A DNA stretch of 124,000 bases from Octopus vulgaris (taxonomy: Eukaryota). Under the pieces are notes generated by a model. It made no database searches. It had not been told where the DNA came from and worked only from the letters and a program-made list of their open reading frames with translations. The translations under genes were made by a program, and so were the position numbers. Where the stretch lies: the NCBI GenBank assembly GCA_951406725.2, contig OX597825.1, forward strand, positions 15,024,001 through 15,148,000. Reading direction: 5' to 3'. Below, piece by piece: positions 12,821 through 28,097 of the stretch (its first letter is position 1; every line of letters begins with the position of its first letter).

Positions 12821-14168
12821 GTGTGTGTGTATAGATATATGTATGTGTATGCATATGTATATATATATGTTTATATGTATATATGTACGTATGTATGCAT
12901 ATACTATTGCCGCTAGGTTTATATTTTCCGTCTGCCACACAGACGGAAATGTTATTAAATTAAGAATTTATTTCACATACAACATTCAGTACATTCTCCT
13001 TTAACTCAATTATGCAAATTAATGCTACTGGTTTATTTGAGTTATCTCACTATTATCTCTTGCTCTCTGTCTCTCCTTCTTTATCTTTCTGTCTCTCACA
13101 CGAAATGTCTCTCTTTGTCTGTCTGTCGGTCACTGTCTCTTCTGTCATTTTCCGTATGTTTTCGTCTTTTGAACAATGGATGTAAATTTCTTGTGAACTG
13201 TGTTATTCCTTGGTTGTTTTTTTTTTTCTCGGGAAGAGTGGATAGCAAGTAAAACGAAACCTAACTGCTGTTCTTACAATACTCAAGGCTATATTTAATT
13301 CCATTGCTTTCTTATACTGCGATTTAAGTATTTATATATAGTTTGAGCAAACAACTTTAGAATAAATTGAACATCATTGCTGAATTGCCATTTTTATGCA
13401 CACGACGTTATCCCTTTTGACAACCTGTTGTATCTCAATGTTTATTGATCTCGGAGCTAACTATATGATTAATTAAATTAGATAACCGTTGGAAAATGCA
13501 TTTTCGTCGTTTGATTGATATTCATTTATAGCATAGAATATATCAATAGATGTGAAGGAAAGGAAGTATATGGTATTACCATAGCCATTTTACTTGGTTC
13601 TATTACATCATCTTACGTGAATTCAGATAATAAAATCCATCTGAAAAGCGAGTTTAGGAAAATACATTTTTCATGAGTCCCGTCTTGCATTAATAATTTC
13701 CATTAAGTTTCCCCAGTTGTCTTAAGCTTGTATTTCTTCTATCACTAGTTTATATATATATTTGAATGACAAGAATGCATCAAAATACTCCACGCTGCTT
13801 GTTAATAGTATTGATATGCTCGTACATTTCTGACAGCAATTATATAGTTACATACTAAATTAAATGAAAATATGGATATGAAGGTTTTGTAGCTGCCAAA
13901 GTAAATAACGCGCTTAAAAACGGTATGGCATAGATTGATATATCATGCCCATATGAGGGCTTCCATTCCAACAAACTTATTCCTTTATGACATCAATAAA
14001 CGAAATAAAATTTTGTGGAAATGTGCTAATAGACATCTTGGTCTCATTGGCATTGGCAATAAGGTTAAGGAAATGTGCAACATCATGCGTTATCTTGTGA
14101 TAATATAAATACATACATCTTACTATCAGTTGAGTAACTTCGTGAGAATCGGAACATCGCTATGTCAG

Positions 14169-14245
<77 letters not shown>

Positions 14246-15815
14246 CTGGCTGTTGGGAAAACACACGATCTTCTATATATTCTGGTTAACTAATGCAATA
14301 TTATGCTTGATAATAAAAGTAACAAGCTAAAACCAATCACGTATTGGCAAAATATTGCCATGAATTCATTGTTTTAATTTCTACCTATGATGAAACGAGA
14401 GAAGGAAATATTTTTTTGTCGAATAGCACAATGGTATGGTTGTATGTAAGGACAGTTTTAATAACAGATTATGAAGGATTGTATCTTATCAAGTGATAAA
14501 ATACACATATCGGCTTTCAAATCGAGGGTTCTCTTGAGATATGGTGCTCTTCTCTAGGATATAATGTATGAAAGCCACTTGGGATAGCATTGAGATCTAA
14601 AGGAATGATAGTTCCCAAGCGCTCTGATATAAATTCAGGTTTATCTTCAAATGTAGAATGAAGATGTATATTCCATTGTGCAATGAAATATCAGAAACAT
14701 ACTAGGAGGGAAACCTTTTAGGGACACATCGTAGAAATCTCTATCTATAATCAGTGGAAATGTGATGTTAACTCTAACAGACAGTGTGCAGATTAAGTGA
14801 AATTGAAAGGTTCAATTCACAGGTACGAACAAAAAGTGACTTTTGTTTTATCCAGCTAAACCATAATGCTTTTAATATGTTCAGCAATATATAAATTGCA
14901 TTATCTCTTATCAGTGATCCAGCCAAAACACATAAGAAATTTATGCTAAACATTCCCTACGTCCGATACTTATTGCTTGATATCGGAGTCTTATTAAACA
15001 AGCACCTATTGAATATTAAATAACAAAATATGCTGTTTTGAAGATGCTTGATAATTTTCTATGGAGAGCCATGTACACAATAAATATAAATCATATGAAT
15101 GAAAATTATAGGGATTAGATTATTAATCATAATTGCACATGAGAAAATAAATACTAAAAGGTTTAGCATTCATATACATCTTACAAAGTATAAGCAAATA
15201 ATCTATTTTCTAATATCGAAAATTTTATATTCTGTGTTCTTGAATGACGCTTATGGAAATTACATCTTACTAAGCTATAGATCTATGTGAAGGAGTGTAA
15301 ATACATCGCAATAATGAAGTTGTTAGTCAGTAATAAGAAATAGTTTAAGCCACAAACTTGTTGATATTTCGATAGGAAGAAGAGAGCTTGGCATAAAGAT
15401 CCATTGTGCATCATTGAGTGTAGAAAACTCGCGTAAATGAGAAAATGTGCGTGTCAATATTGATGATTAAATAATCAACTGATCAACAGGAAACTAATAA
15501 AATGCTTGAAACCACCTAACATAATCAACCAAGGATGTATAATCTGATAATTAACCATTATTATAGGAAGATGAAGACCTACGTAGAGCTAAACAGGATA
15601 TGATTATAACCTTTAGGGCTGAAACAACTTATTATATTCCAAAAAGGAATTAATACCTTCTATGTTTTATGTGAAAGAAAGTTATAAATATATAGCGTAC
15701 GTTAGGTGTCTCGGCTGTAGATTTTTCCGTTTTCATTAGATATAAATATATCGACAATTAATTTTCGTGCACCTTACTGTCTGCGTTTAATAAGTAACTG
15801 ATACTATCTCTCTAC

Positions 15816-15816
<1 letters not shown>

Positions 15817-15865
<49 letters not shown>

Positions 15866-15870
15866 CTGTC

Positions 15871-15901
<31 letters not shown>

Positions 15902-16096
15902 CTATCTACCTTTATATCTATCTATTTATCTATCTACCTCCCTATCTATCTATCTATCTATATATTTATCTATCTATATATTTATCTATCTATATATCTA
16001 TCTATCTATCTATCTATATATCTACCTCCCTATCTATTTATCTATCTATATATCTATCTATCTATCTATCTGTCTGTCTATCTATTCATCTATCTG

Positions 16097-16141
<45 letters not shown>

Positions 16142-16152
16142 TTATCTATCTA
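15817..16152. repeat. (CTAT)n microsatellite
   Basis: Direct reading of the sequence. Confidence 0.95.
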
Positions 16153-16389
16153 ATAATCCGTCTAGCATTAAACTATTTCACGCATACACTTGCACAGACA
16201 AGCCAAATACAAACTAGTATATAATTAAAATTATATGCTCCAAATAAACTAGTTATTGTGATATTTTTTTATGATGCAAATCAGACATGAACAACCTACA
16301 ATGAGAATTGATGAGAAAAAAATCTAGAATTTATTTCCAGCAACATTATCAATATGGTCTACAATTCTTCAATAATATCACATTTAAAA

Positions 16390-16600
16390 CGCAACGTTCT
16401 GGCAGAATCGTTAGCACGCCGGGCAGAATGCTTAGCAGCATTTCGTCCGTCTTTGCATTCTGAGCTCAAATTCCGTCGAGGTCTGCTTTGCCTTTTATCC
16501 GTTCGGGATCGATAAAACAAGTCCGAAGTTCAGCACTTGGGTCGATGTAATCGATTCACCCTCTCCCCGATCTTGCTGGCCTTGCGACAAAATTTGAAAT
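16390..16600 (+). mobile_element. SINE family B (Meta-domain-like), diverged
   Basis: ggcagaatcgttagcacgccggg...gcctttt atccgttcgggatcgataaaa. Confidence 0.8.
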
Positions 16601-18079
16601 CTATGTCACATTAATACAATTATCAAATTCTGGGCGAAGGTAGATCATATTTGATTGTCCACTGGCCTTGCAGATCAGGTACAAAACGAACGCAGATTTA
16701 CGATTAGAATTATAGTATGGATTTTATGTCGGATTAATAGTTAATAGATTGAAAAGTTTCTATTTAAAATGGAGATCTATTTTCCTCAAATACCATAAAT
16801 TACAAATAAATAAGCCTTCGGAGTTTCTATAAAAGATGAGGTCATCAGGTGCATAATTGGTATTCACTTCACGCATACACAAACAGAAAATAGGATCACA
16901 CAAGTATACACACCCTCACGTTAAACGCACATAGCATATAGGCACACAACAGCTTCGCATACGCCGGTGCACATACACATACTCATGTGTAATGGCTTCA
17001 AACTCATATACACCAGATAGCCTCACTTACAGATACACACGTCAATACACACGTATGCTCATACATAAACACAGAGCATATACACACACATACACGAAGG
17101 CACGCGCGCGTTTACACTTGCACATGCCCGCACACACACATTAGCTTCATGCCTGCCCAGGTGTTTCAACCCGCTCCTTCTCTCTCACTCTCTCATACAT
17201 GCATACACACACATAGACGAATTCAACGTTGGCTTCCTTGCCATCCACTCCTCAAGCCAACCACTTCCTATTCCGGTCATTTGAATACGCGGTCGCCATC
17301 CGATAGAAAAGCATATTTCTTTTCTCTCTTGTTTTCTCTCTTCAGCTACCTTTTCTTTTGCCGAAACCTAATACACCCTCGTTTCTGTTTATTATTTTTT
17401 TTACTTCATCTCGTTTTCTTTTTATCTACCTTATAGTTGTCAATACAACCAGTGATAATTAAGAGGAAATATTTTCACAAGACCGTTGTTAGCCATTGAA
17501 TTTATGAAAGGAAAGTTTATATGCTATCTATCATGGTGTGAGAGTCAAGTAGACTCTCTGAGTTTCTTTGTTCTGATGAAAGAATTTACGACATAAATAG
17601 CCAAGCTGTAGATCTTTGTTCAGTAGTTTTATCATTAACCATTCCATTGTCTGTGTACCCTGCACTCTAGAAATTGCTAAGTTTGAAAGAACATTCTGAC
17701 AATTGACACAGTATTAAGGCCTTTCTTGTGTAAATATTAGCATATTTAAACACAGCTCACAAGACATTATACTATAGCGTACGATAAATCCTGAAATAAG
17801 TGAAACAATTTCACTGATTTGTAAATGGTAGGGAACGTATGAATATTAGAGATAGTGGATTTAAGAAAACAATATTGATGGAACTATTGTATTGAGGTCC
17901 TCTTTACGATCTCTTTGCAATCTCTACTAAATACGCAACGCATACATCCTGCGTCATGGTGATCCATCGTAATTTCTCACAATAAACGTAGCGCATACAA
18001 TTGCTGTGTGCTAAATTGTACAACGTTCAACATAATTATTATGGTGATATGGGAGACAGAAAATATCAGGTATATATAC

Positions 18080-19330
18080 ACATGCAGCCGCAGTTTAAAG
18101 ATGCTTCAGTAACCTACACCCAGAACAGCTTAGGAGGGCAATGTAGGATTTCTCGTTTCTCTGTGAATCGATTTTGCACACAATGGCAACGCCCTTGTTA
18201 TATTTTCATTATTCTGTGTAAGATCCTGTCTTTTTTTACCTGTGATTCTTCAGTTTTTGGGTGAATCACGCTAATAGCCTCTCTTCTCCCTAAGAACAAT
18301 GAGGAGTGGAAAAGGCGTTAACGACGAAGAAAGGTCTGTCATCACCAAGAAAAGTGCTAAAAGTACTTGCCTTCATGTCATTGCGGAAAAATTAGTTCGT
18401 CATGTGGACACGGTTAGAAATTCTTGAAGGATTCTTCGACGAGGAAGAACCGGTCCGATTAATGGACCTAGAAGTCTATGATAGCTAGCCATTTAAGAAT
18501 TATTGGGTGCAATTTATGTGGGAAAACTGGACAAACAAGCGAAGACATTTTCCCCGACTCCAGACTTCCTCATGCACCGAAAACCACCAGAAATCGTATC
18601 TTCGAGACCCTTGACTGACATAACGGTGGGCCAAGCGGTTGGGTCAATTTTGTAGATGGATGTCACCAACGTTTACGATGTCAACTACAGGGTAGAGGAG
18701 GTATGTTGTAGGCTGGTATCATTGGAGACTGACTTGTTGACCCAATCAGGGTGCCCGAAGGAGTTAAAGAGACCGCTGCCGCCTTCTGCAATCTCCTGAA
18801 TGAGGTATTGGTTCCCTGGCCAGATGACATACCGCTGTTACTTCTAAGGAATCTCGTATTCATGCATAACAACGCTACCTCTCACTCATGTAGGACCATC
18901 CAAACTTTACAACAGCTTTAAGACATACAAGGTGGAAGGCTGATGGTGTGGCCGCCAGCTCGCCGGACCTCAACCCAATCGAAAAATTTTGTTCCATAAC
19001 TAAACAAGCTGTATATGCCTACGGACGCCAATTTACGTCGAAAAATGATTTATTGGTGACCATCAAAGCTGCAGCAGAAGCAGGCCAACCTGCTACTATT
19101 ATGAAATTGACAGAGTCCATGACCAACAGGGACTATTTAAGTTATCAGATGAAATGGCGCACATGTGGCTAAATAATTCATTATGTCGATAAATGTTATA
19201 ACATTATTACGTGTTTCTGTTAAATATATACTTATTGTATGCTTAATATGTATCATTGACTTTCATTATCTGAAAATCAATACGTCTAGATATGGGTTAT
19301 TTTCATTCAAAAGCTATTAGCGCGATTCAC
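18080..19330 (+). mobile_element. decayed Tc1-like transposase
   Basis: Frameshifted MRSGKG.. N-terminus, FMHNNATSH (DNAPSH) and W..SSPDLNPIE (ORF 18948-19172). Confidence 0.85.
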
Positions 19331-20972
19331 CCATAAACTGAAGAATCTGAAATAAAAAAGAAAGGACGTTACACAGAATAATGAATGCATAACAACGGCG
19401 TTCACGTAGTGTGCAAGCCAGCTGGGAAAAGTTTTATCAACGTAGATTCTCAGAAAATCGAGGAATCCTAAATTTTGCTCCTAATCTATTAGCGGGATTC
19501 TGGGTGCGTTTGTTGAAGTACTAATGGAAGAAATAGCCTTTAAATAAACATATAGCAAGTTTTTTTTATCTTAATTACAGGGAATATCCCCTCCAGGTAT
19601 TTTATCAACTGCCTTATCAAACATCTAAAGACTGCATAGACCAAACTTGAATGATTTCTTATTTCAGAGTTCTTCCTGGTAATCTTCTGCTGTTTTTGGA
19701 TAAGTATTAATTTTGCTTTCTATATGTAGTTAAAATTTTAATTTGCAGCATTTTTTTTAACGATATTTGTACTTTTTCTATGTTGTGATATTTCAGCCCT
19801 GTACTTTCTGATGGACGTGTTGTGAATGTATTTATTTCATTAACAAGTTCATGACTTATAACGTGGCAAATTTTATTTATGAGAAAATTTATGAATTTAT
19901 GATGTCATTTTCTTTTTAGCAAACACTTGCTGAGGGTAGAAGCAATCAATTATGTTTACCTTTTATCCTTCTACCTCGCTAATATACATAAAATGTCTTT
20001 CGTCTCAATCTGCCTCTTTATTTCTGTTCACTCCTTCCATATTTTCCTCTTCCTCCTTCCTCATATTCTGATTTCCTTCTTTCTACAATTCCCTTTTTTT
20101 TTGTCCATCTATCAATCTTGTTTTATCTGGTCTTGCTACATTTCATCAGTTTCCATACTGGTTAATAGAAAACGTCCAGCGTGGCCCCTGAGCCATCGAT
20201 CATGAGCTGATTTTTTTTAATACTTGGCTTAGTGGAATGCACAATATTCTATAATCTTTGTCGACATGTTTAGCGAAAATAACTATCGCTCTTGGGAAGC
20301 GATTCCGCAGAATCCGTGTCTGATCTAAACGAATAGGGTTGTGCAAAACTACAGATATAATCTTTTACTTTTCTTTTTGTCATATGATCGATACAAAACA
20401 CTATTAATCTCTATTTTATATATTGCATTATACTTTTCATTACAAATTAAGCGTAACAGATTACATTAGACGTTTCCATAACCATTATACCTGTGTAATA
20501 AGCGACTAGATTTTCCAGAAGTGCATTATACATTGCATAAAATTGCGTGATTTATGTTAGTGTCTTCTACACACAAAAGCATCGTGCATGCCATAATTTA
20601 TGACAAAGGGAATACACCAAAAAAAACGGTCCTCCACCATCCATTTTATCAGCACATAAGAAGCTATACAACTTTAGATGTATGAAGTCAAAGCCCTACA
20701 TCTACCTGACAACCTTTAGACACGGATCAGTATGTTAAATTACGAGCAAAGGGAACTGCGCAGTGACATTTATAACTGCAATGTTCTGATAATAACGCAG
20801 ATCACAATGTCATAAATTCTAAAAGATCTCAATATAATTCAAAGAGAACCTGGGTAAGATTAAAACGGATCTTCTGAAATCAATATCAAAGACGAGACCA
20901 TTCACATGTCCACTGCAGATTACATTTGACATAAAAAATCTATAGGTATAATACACACACACGCACACACAC

Positions 20973-21142
<170 letters not shown>

Positions 21143-22576
21143 AAGTGAATATATTTGCCGTTGACACTAATCATCAAAGAAAAAGACCGAATTCAACTCC
21201 AGTCTGATCTATATGCTGTGAGTCATTGGGCAGACAAAAACTAAATGCAACTGAATGAGAGAAAATCTGAGCTGATGCATTTGCGGAAGAAAGTCTATAC
21301 TAAAACAGCCATATTCTTTATATGTACTTATATATTCACAATTTTTCATATAAATTATTGCTGACCATCTATACAAACAGTCCGCTCGCCCATTTACGCA
21401 CACATTTACCTCACCAACTAACGAGAATAATATTCTTATTAGATTGCAATGACATATAACAATAGGAATTTTCAAGTTAACGTTTAATACCAAATTTAAA
21501 GATTCATAATCAAAGCAAACGTTCTTTCAAAATTTTACACATCAAAGATACAGAAGAACCGGAGGAAATACGCACATGCATAGATGCACACTCACACACA
21601 CACACTCACAAACACAAAGGAGTATTTAATAAATCAATATATACACACAATACCTTCTACAATACGATATACAATAGAAGAGCTGCATTGGTTTATATAT
21701 TCGATGGTGATATCAATATTTACAAAGAAATGCAGGAATCTACCGAACCATACTGAAAATCCGAGAAGAAATCAAACGTGGTTGGTTTACATCTTGATAA
21801 TTAAAATTAAAATTTAAAAATAGAAAATCCTACAGTCTAGGATTTTCGGATCATATACATGTATAAAAAGTTCAGATTACTTTTTTTCTTAACATTTGAG
21901 AGCCATTGAATTTTGGCCCTTATGCTAAGGTATCAAAAAGATTTTACCTCTTCATTTTGTTTTCTTTTTGGTTTCAACGTGAATTGTTTTGGATTTGACT
22001 CTTCTGGAATAGCGTACCTATCTTCTTTAAGACAAAATTTTTTTTCAGGGGAAAAAGTATTTTTGTACGACAATCAAGCATATGCTGTCTATTTCTCTTG
22101 AGAGAATAATGGAACATTGATTTATATTTGGAAATATGGTTTCTCTTCATATATCTACCAATCTGTAACAGATTATGTTTTGTGATTTCGTGAACAAAAT
22201 ATCACATTTTAGAAAACCTTTGACTTCAGCTTTCTAGCACAAATCTACTGAACTGCAACATAAACAACACTGAAATGCTCTTCGTTGCATTATTTACATA
22301 TTTCAGTGGATGAAAACTGATAAACATTTCTACCCTTCCAATTATTGAGATTGATCTATTTTCTATGTAGAAGAATATATCAAAATCAAGTTCCCTCTAC
22401 CTTGGTTTGAATAAATTTAAGTTTTAAATTAGTTTTTAAGGATAAACAGAAGATTAGTTATAATAATATCTGTGATGGAAATAAATATTTCGTAAGCCTA
22501 AGGGAAGGATTAAGTCTTGTAAACTTTTAGTAAAGGTTTCCACAGAAAACGACATAATCACACTAATATCTAAATA

Positions 22577-23136
22577 TTAGGTTGTCCGGAAAGTTAGTGC
22601 CGATATCTAAAGGAAAGAAAAAGATCAATAGATACTTGCCATTACATTTTTAATCAACCAAATATGAATCATTTTGTTGTACAATGCGTCGCATCTTTCC
22701 TTTAACTTGAAAATACTCTCTTCCCAGAATTGAGGTGATTTCATGGCAAAGAATTCCTCAATGTATCTTTTTACGTCATCCAAGGAATTGAAATTTTTAC
22801 CATTAAGACTGCAGACACCTGAATAAGTGGGAATCCGAAGGAGCAATATCTGGTGAATATGGAGGATAGGGTAACACATCCCAACCGAGCTGCAGCAATT
22901 TTCTTCTGGTTCCCAAAGCATCAAGTGCCGAAAATGAACTTTCTTATCTTCCATTTTAAAGGGTTACAGAATTAACACAGGTTATAGGAACATAAACCTT
23001 CTTCCAGGAAAAGATAGCTTAAACTGTGCTCTAAACGGAGGTGTAGTCAAATCCTATTTTATGGACTCAACCATGTTCTAAAATAAGTCGAAAGCTAAGC
23101 TACTATAAATCGGCACGAACTTTCCGGACAACCCAA
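22577..23136 (-). mobile_element. non-autonomous mariner deletion derivative (560 bp)
   Basis: ~28-bp TIRs ttaggttgtccggaaagtt.gtgccgat with TA flanks; N-terminus MEDKKVHFRHLMLW fused to a C-terminal transposase remnant. Confidence 0.92.
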
Positions 23137-24744
23137 TATTATATAAACTGATGGGCAACTGAAAAATGATCTGCGATGCTTATATCAACTAAGCATATAT
23201 TCAATATATTCTACTGCGTGATATTCAAACGTGTGTCTAGCACATAACTGTATATACATACATCATCGATCCAGCCATAAACACAGCGGGAAAATGTGTT
23301 CGAGAGAAATTAGCAAATAGCTAAATGAAGAAAAAAAAAAAGAAAAAAATACAAATTTCAGCGAGACGATTTATAAATATATAAAAAGAATAGCATCCAA
23401 AGAATAAAGAACGAGACATAAATTAAAATTACAATGAGTGCTTCTTTGAACATGGATTCCTGTATATTACCGCCATGTACAAAAAAAAAAAATGATGTAT
23501 ACACATGTCGCCATCATCAGCAGGGAATATAGTAAACAGTATGAGAAGGTTCCTGACTTTTATACCAGCTTCCATTATTTTAATTGTTTAATCCACAAGA
23601 ATCACTGAGTCTAGTCGAAAATTTGAAAAGATGCAAATACCTGTTATGTGTAAAAATCGATATATTTGAATAATCAATATATTAGAATATTCAGTTCATT
23701 TGAATATGTGTGAAATCAATATATTTGAATAAAATTAATAATTAGATTCAGAAGAGGAATATCATGATAATATCAGCGATTCTAATAATATATCGAAGAC
23801 AAGAGAACTTTTTTAAATTCTTGCAAAAGATTAGCAAAGCGCTCATTTTAATAGAAACGAAAATCGAATTACTAGTCGATAATATATATTAACTTTAACC
23901 GAATGACATTGGGGTCAGTATTAGAAGTCACATACATAAACGTATATTTAAATGTATGCCATATATCCATGGAAAAAATATTTGAGATATGAACTTCATG
24001 TTCTTTTCTTTGGTAGGTTTCCCCCTGTCCAGTAAAGCTAGATATATGAATATGCTATTGAGTTGATATTCATTTTTATCCTTCATTGAACTTTTGTTAA
24101 ACTTTTACTCTATGTCTATGAAATATATTTTCATATCACAAGTATCATACGTTTTTTTCTCTGTATTTAATTATTAACGTCTGCTTTTGGTGTCAGACAA
24201 TTTTTCCATTGTAGGATTTTCTCCTAACAGAAATAGATTCGTGAAGTTTTACAAATTGTGTGAGCACAGGTGTATATGAAAGCCAGTAACATTTTTATAG
24301 TGTTCATTCTATAAACTAAGGATGAATCAGAGTTAGCTACGTTCGTGTAATTTTATATACTATTTCCTCACTAAAATAATTATGTCCACAGAATAAATAT
24401 ATGAAATCTGTGTTTGTATCAGATAATATACCTTAACACTTTCTGCGATCCTTCTCGTTTAATTTGTTTTTATACATTTAAAAGTATCACTCTTATAGTT
24501 GATTTTTTTTGCATGTCATTGAGTTGAGAGATAAATATTCTTGTTGTCGAGGAATCTTCTCATCAGTAATATACTTTCTATCTTCTGAATTTATTTAGTA
24601 ATGTTTATTTCTGTACGAACACTTTCAAATATAATTTTTCAAATGCAAATATATTTTTTCAAATACTTCAGTTTTTCGAATCATTAGTTATTTTCGTTTA
24701 CGTTTATGCATAAAAGAAAGGAATAATATTTGAAAAAGACTTAC

Positions 24745-24856
24745 CTGCATCAGAAAGATATTTGTTCAATTTGAAACTCAAAGTGCTGGTACAGATACTC
24801 GCAGTGCATTTCGTCTGATTTGGATTTCCACCAATCCATAGCAGTGGAGTATTCTT
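24745..24856 (-). CDS. candidate internal exon (KNTPLLWIGGNPNQTKCTASICTSTLSFKLNKYLSDA)
   Basis: Consensus donor CAG|GTAAGT, acceptor ...tataaacag|, one open frame; no homology recognised. Confidence 0.2.
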
Positions 24857-25620
24857 CTGTTTATAGGCCACGGAAGAACGAAGAATGTATAGTGAGAAAT
24901 CTTAGTGTATAAAATTGTATTAAACGGAATCGCATAGGAAAGATACACCTCTGCTCTGAATTATAGGCACGTAATTCTAACGGAAAAATATACACGCATT
25001 ATGTAAGAGCTGACGTCGTTCATTTATCATTTTGACACCATCTTTAATCAACAGGATTATCATAATAGGGCCTACTTACCAATCAGTTTTATTTTTGCTT
25101 TTTGCATGTTTTCTTTTTGATTTTTAATTTTTTTTCGGAAAGAGAGTTGAATGATATTTCATGGAATATAATTGACAGGATTTTAAACAGTATGAATTGT
25201 TTAAAGGGACTGTCTTTTCATTTACAAGCGATTGGCACAATGTTTCTAAGCATTCCACAATCCATAGTCTACTATATAGTGATAGAATACCTATCAAGCG
25301 AGTGGCCCCGTTTTAGATGTAAAACAGGATGTCGTTGAACATAGAAACAACACCGTCCCGGGAAAAGGAGCGCCACGTCATTGCTGTCATTATTTCAATG
25401 CTGGACAATATGAACAGCCTAATGCGGGCACAAAACAGAATGGCATAATATTGCCAGCGCAGCTGTGAAGCACAAAAGCTCATTTTGCAAGCCGCTGACA
25501 TGGGTGTGCTTACAAACACGGGTTCCAGGGCTCAATCCTACTACGCGGCACTTTAAAATACTAGTACTATGAACCCAGATCGACAAATAATTATGACTGA
25601 AAGTCGTAACAGGGACATTG

Positions 25621-25672
<52 letters not shown>

Positions 25673-25682
25673 TATAAATATA

Positions 25683-25780
<98 letters not shown>

Positions 25781-25919
25781 GTCATTGTGTCAGTCGTTGC
25801 CCACAAAGTTTGACAACAGGTACCGGTTGGTTTACTTACCCTTTGTTAAAAAGGAAGGATAGATATGTACCAGAGTTTTTTAAAAATATATTTTAGGGTT
25901 AATTGTTCGGACCACATAC

Positions 25920-25944
25920 CTGGAACGGGACTGCAGTTTAATGG
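25920..25944 (-). CDS. candidate 25-nt micro-exon
   Basis: Strong acceptor ttttccttgtttcag| and donor CAG|GTATGT. Confidence 0.2.
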
Positions 25945-27109
25945 CTGAAACAAGGAAAACGTACAGCAGACATTGAAAAGAATATATAGCAAAAAATTAA
26001 AGCTACATGTTCTTTTCGAATTTAAAGGCACTGCAGAAAGTAGTCTTGATGTATTCATCTGACAGTTAACTAAATACATAGAGTTATTGGACTGGAAATT
26101 AGAACATCCGTTATATATGCTACAGGAGAGCAACAGACCGGGATATTCAAAGAATCGTGCAGTATCTGACGTCATACGTCAACCTGATTATCAACTGAAA
26201 ACTGAATTAATATTTGCAGGAGATTTGTTCGCAAGAATATGTTTAATACTTTTTATAGATATATTTTAATCATAACATCATATATGTATTTTATTCAGAG
26301 CACGAGTGTGAGCTATATACACATTTATATATTTTGGGGAATAGCTAGAAAATGCGCTGTGCTGCACTGCACTGGAAGAAAAAAAATACAATAACATTTT
26401 ATATGTTTCTTTAAAAATAATGGTATAATCGAAAATATTTTGGATTACGTTCTCCAAAACATGGAGAAAATGACTATAGAAAAAACTATAGAAAATTCTT
26501 ATAAAAATTCCTGACAAACTCTTGCTTTGCATTTATATTTCGGCATCACATGACAATACAATAACGAAATGCTGCCATCATATAACATTGCTTAATAGAA
26601 GCTTGCCAAATAAAATAACTGTTTTGTTCTCTCAACCTGCCATGTCAATTTTATTATGCATAAATCAGTCTTCTTTTATGGAACATTCGTTTACATAATG
26701 TTCATAAAATGGTAGAACGAAGCTAGCTGGAATTTATTCCATCTATTTTGGAATCATGAATCAATTACGGAAATAAGACTTGCAGAACAGAATTGTTCTC
26801 ACCACTGATTTTTAATATTAGATAACTTGTGACATTTATGTAGTTTACAATACTTGTTCGCGTTACACTATCAGCATGGAAATTAAGATTAGGTTAAATT
26901 GTCAGGAAAGTTAACTGTAAATATGGAAATGTAGTAAGATATATATGTGCGTTTGTGAGAGAGAGAGAGAAAGAATGAAAGTGTTTGATTGCGTGTGTGT
27001 ATAAGACGTTGTACACAAAATATGGACATATATATTTATAATTATGTATGTATGTAAGTGTGCACGTGTTTATACATACACACATGTATCTATCTATCTA
27101 TCCATATAT

Positions 27110-27163
<54 letters not shown>

Positions 27164-27415
27164 GTATATATGTGTGTGTGTATGTACTTAGTTGTTCCGT
27201 TTAGGTAAAATCAACAAACGAAGTTTTCCGACTCTCCAACCAGTAAGAGATAAATTTCATTTAATGTATCCAGTGTAAATATGAGATTTACAAATAGTCT
27301 CTTGCTGTGGAAACACGTGTCTAAGCAGTTTTTTTATAACAAACATTGCGTCGCTAAGCAGAAATTAGGCAGTGTAAATAAAATTATATATACATGTCTA
27401 TAATTATATAGCAGA

Positions 27416-27458
<43 letters not shown>

Positions 27459-27521
27459 TATATAAATCTATATATATACACATATATATATATATATACA
27501 CACAATATATAAATCTATATA

Positions 27522-27614
<93 letters not shown>

Positions 27615-27923
27615 GCTAATTAATGTTTTAAGGCTACCATTGATTTCATGTTAAGATAGAAAATATCTTAATATTTTAAGAAGTTTTGAAGCCGAGTACG
27701 TGGAGGAATGGTGTGAGTCTCTATTTCTCCGTTTTGAATGAATATAGAAAATCGAGATGAACACCCTTCCCCCATGAGATCGGCTTGAAAAATAGTTATG
27801 ATTTAAGAATATATAAAGAAATTTTATCGACCAATGCGATGTTGAGCACTCATTCTCATTGTTCAACATGTGTCAGGAGGAAATATTACATGCGCAAAAT
27901 GTGACATGTGCAGGGGTTGATAC

Positions 27924-28097
27924 ATATTTCCATAGAAACCAATCAGCTTCGTGTAGTTCCTTCCTGTTATTTATAGCTCGTCGCATCTCGTTGATGATGA
28001 GGGTATCCATGAACTCTGTGTTAGTCACATGAATTTGTATTACTAAGAATTCTTTCAAACCACGTTCACTGCCCCCAGCAATGCCATAGCTCGTGAG
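27924..28097 (-). CDS. candidate 174-nt phase 0-0 coding exon (LTSYGIAGGSERGLKEFL...LHEADWFLWKY)
   Basis: Strong acceptor ttttttattttacctagtttcag|; only one frame is open; ordinary amino-acid composition; weak donor T|GTATCA. Confidence 0.35.

Noticed and set aside
24545-24575. CTGATGAG...CTCGACA on the minus strand as a hammerhead
   Set aside because: GAAA is absent, helix II does not pair and there is no helix I or III.
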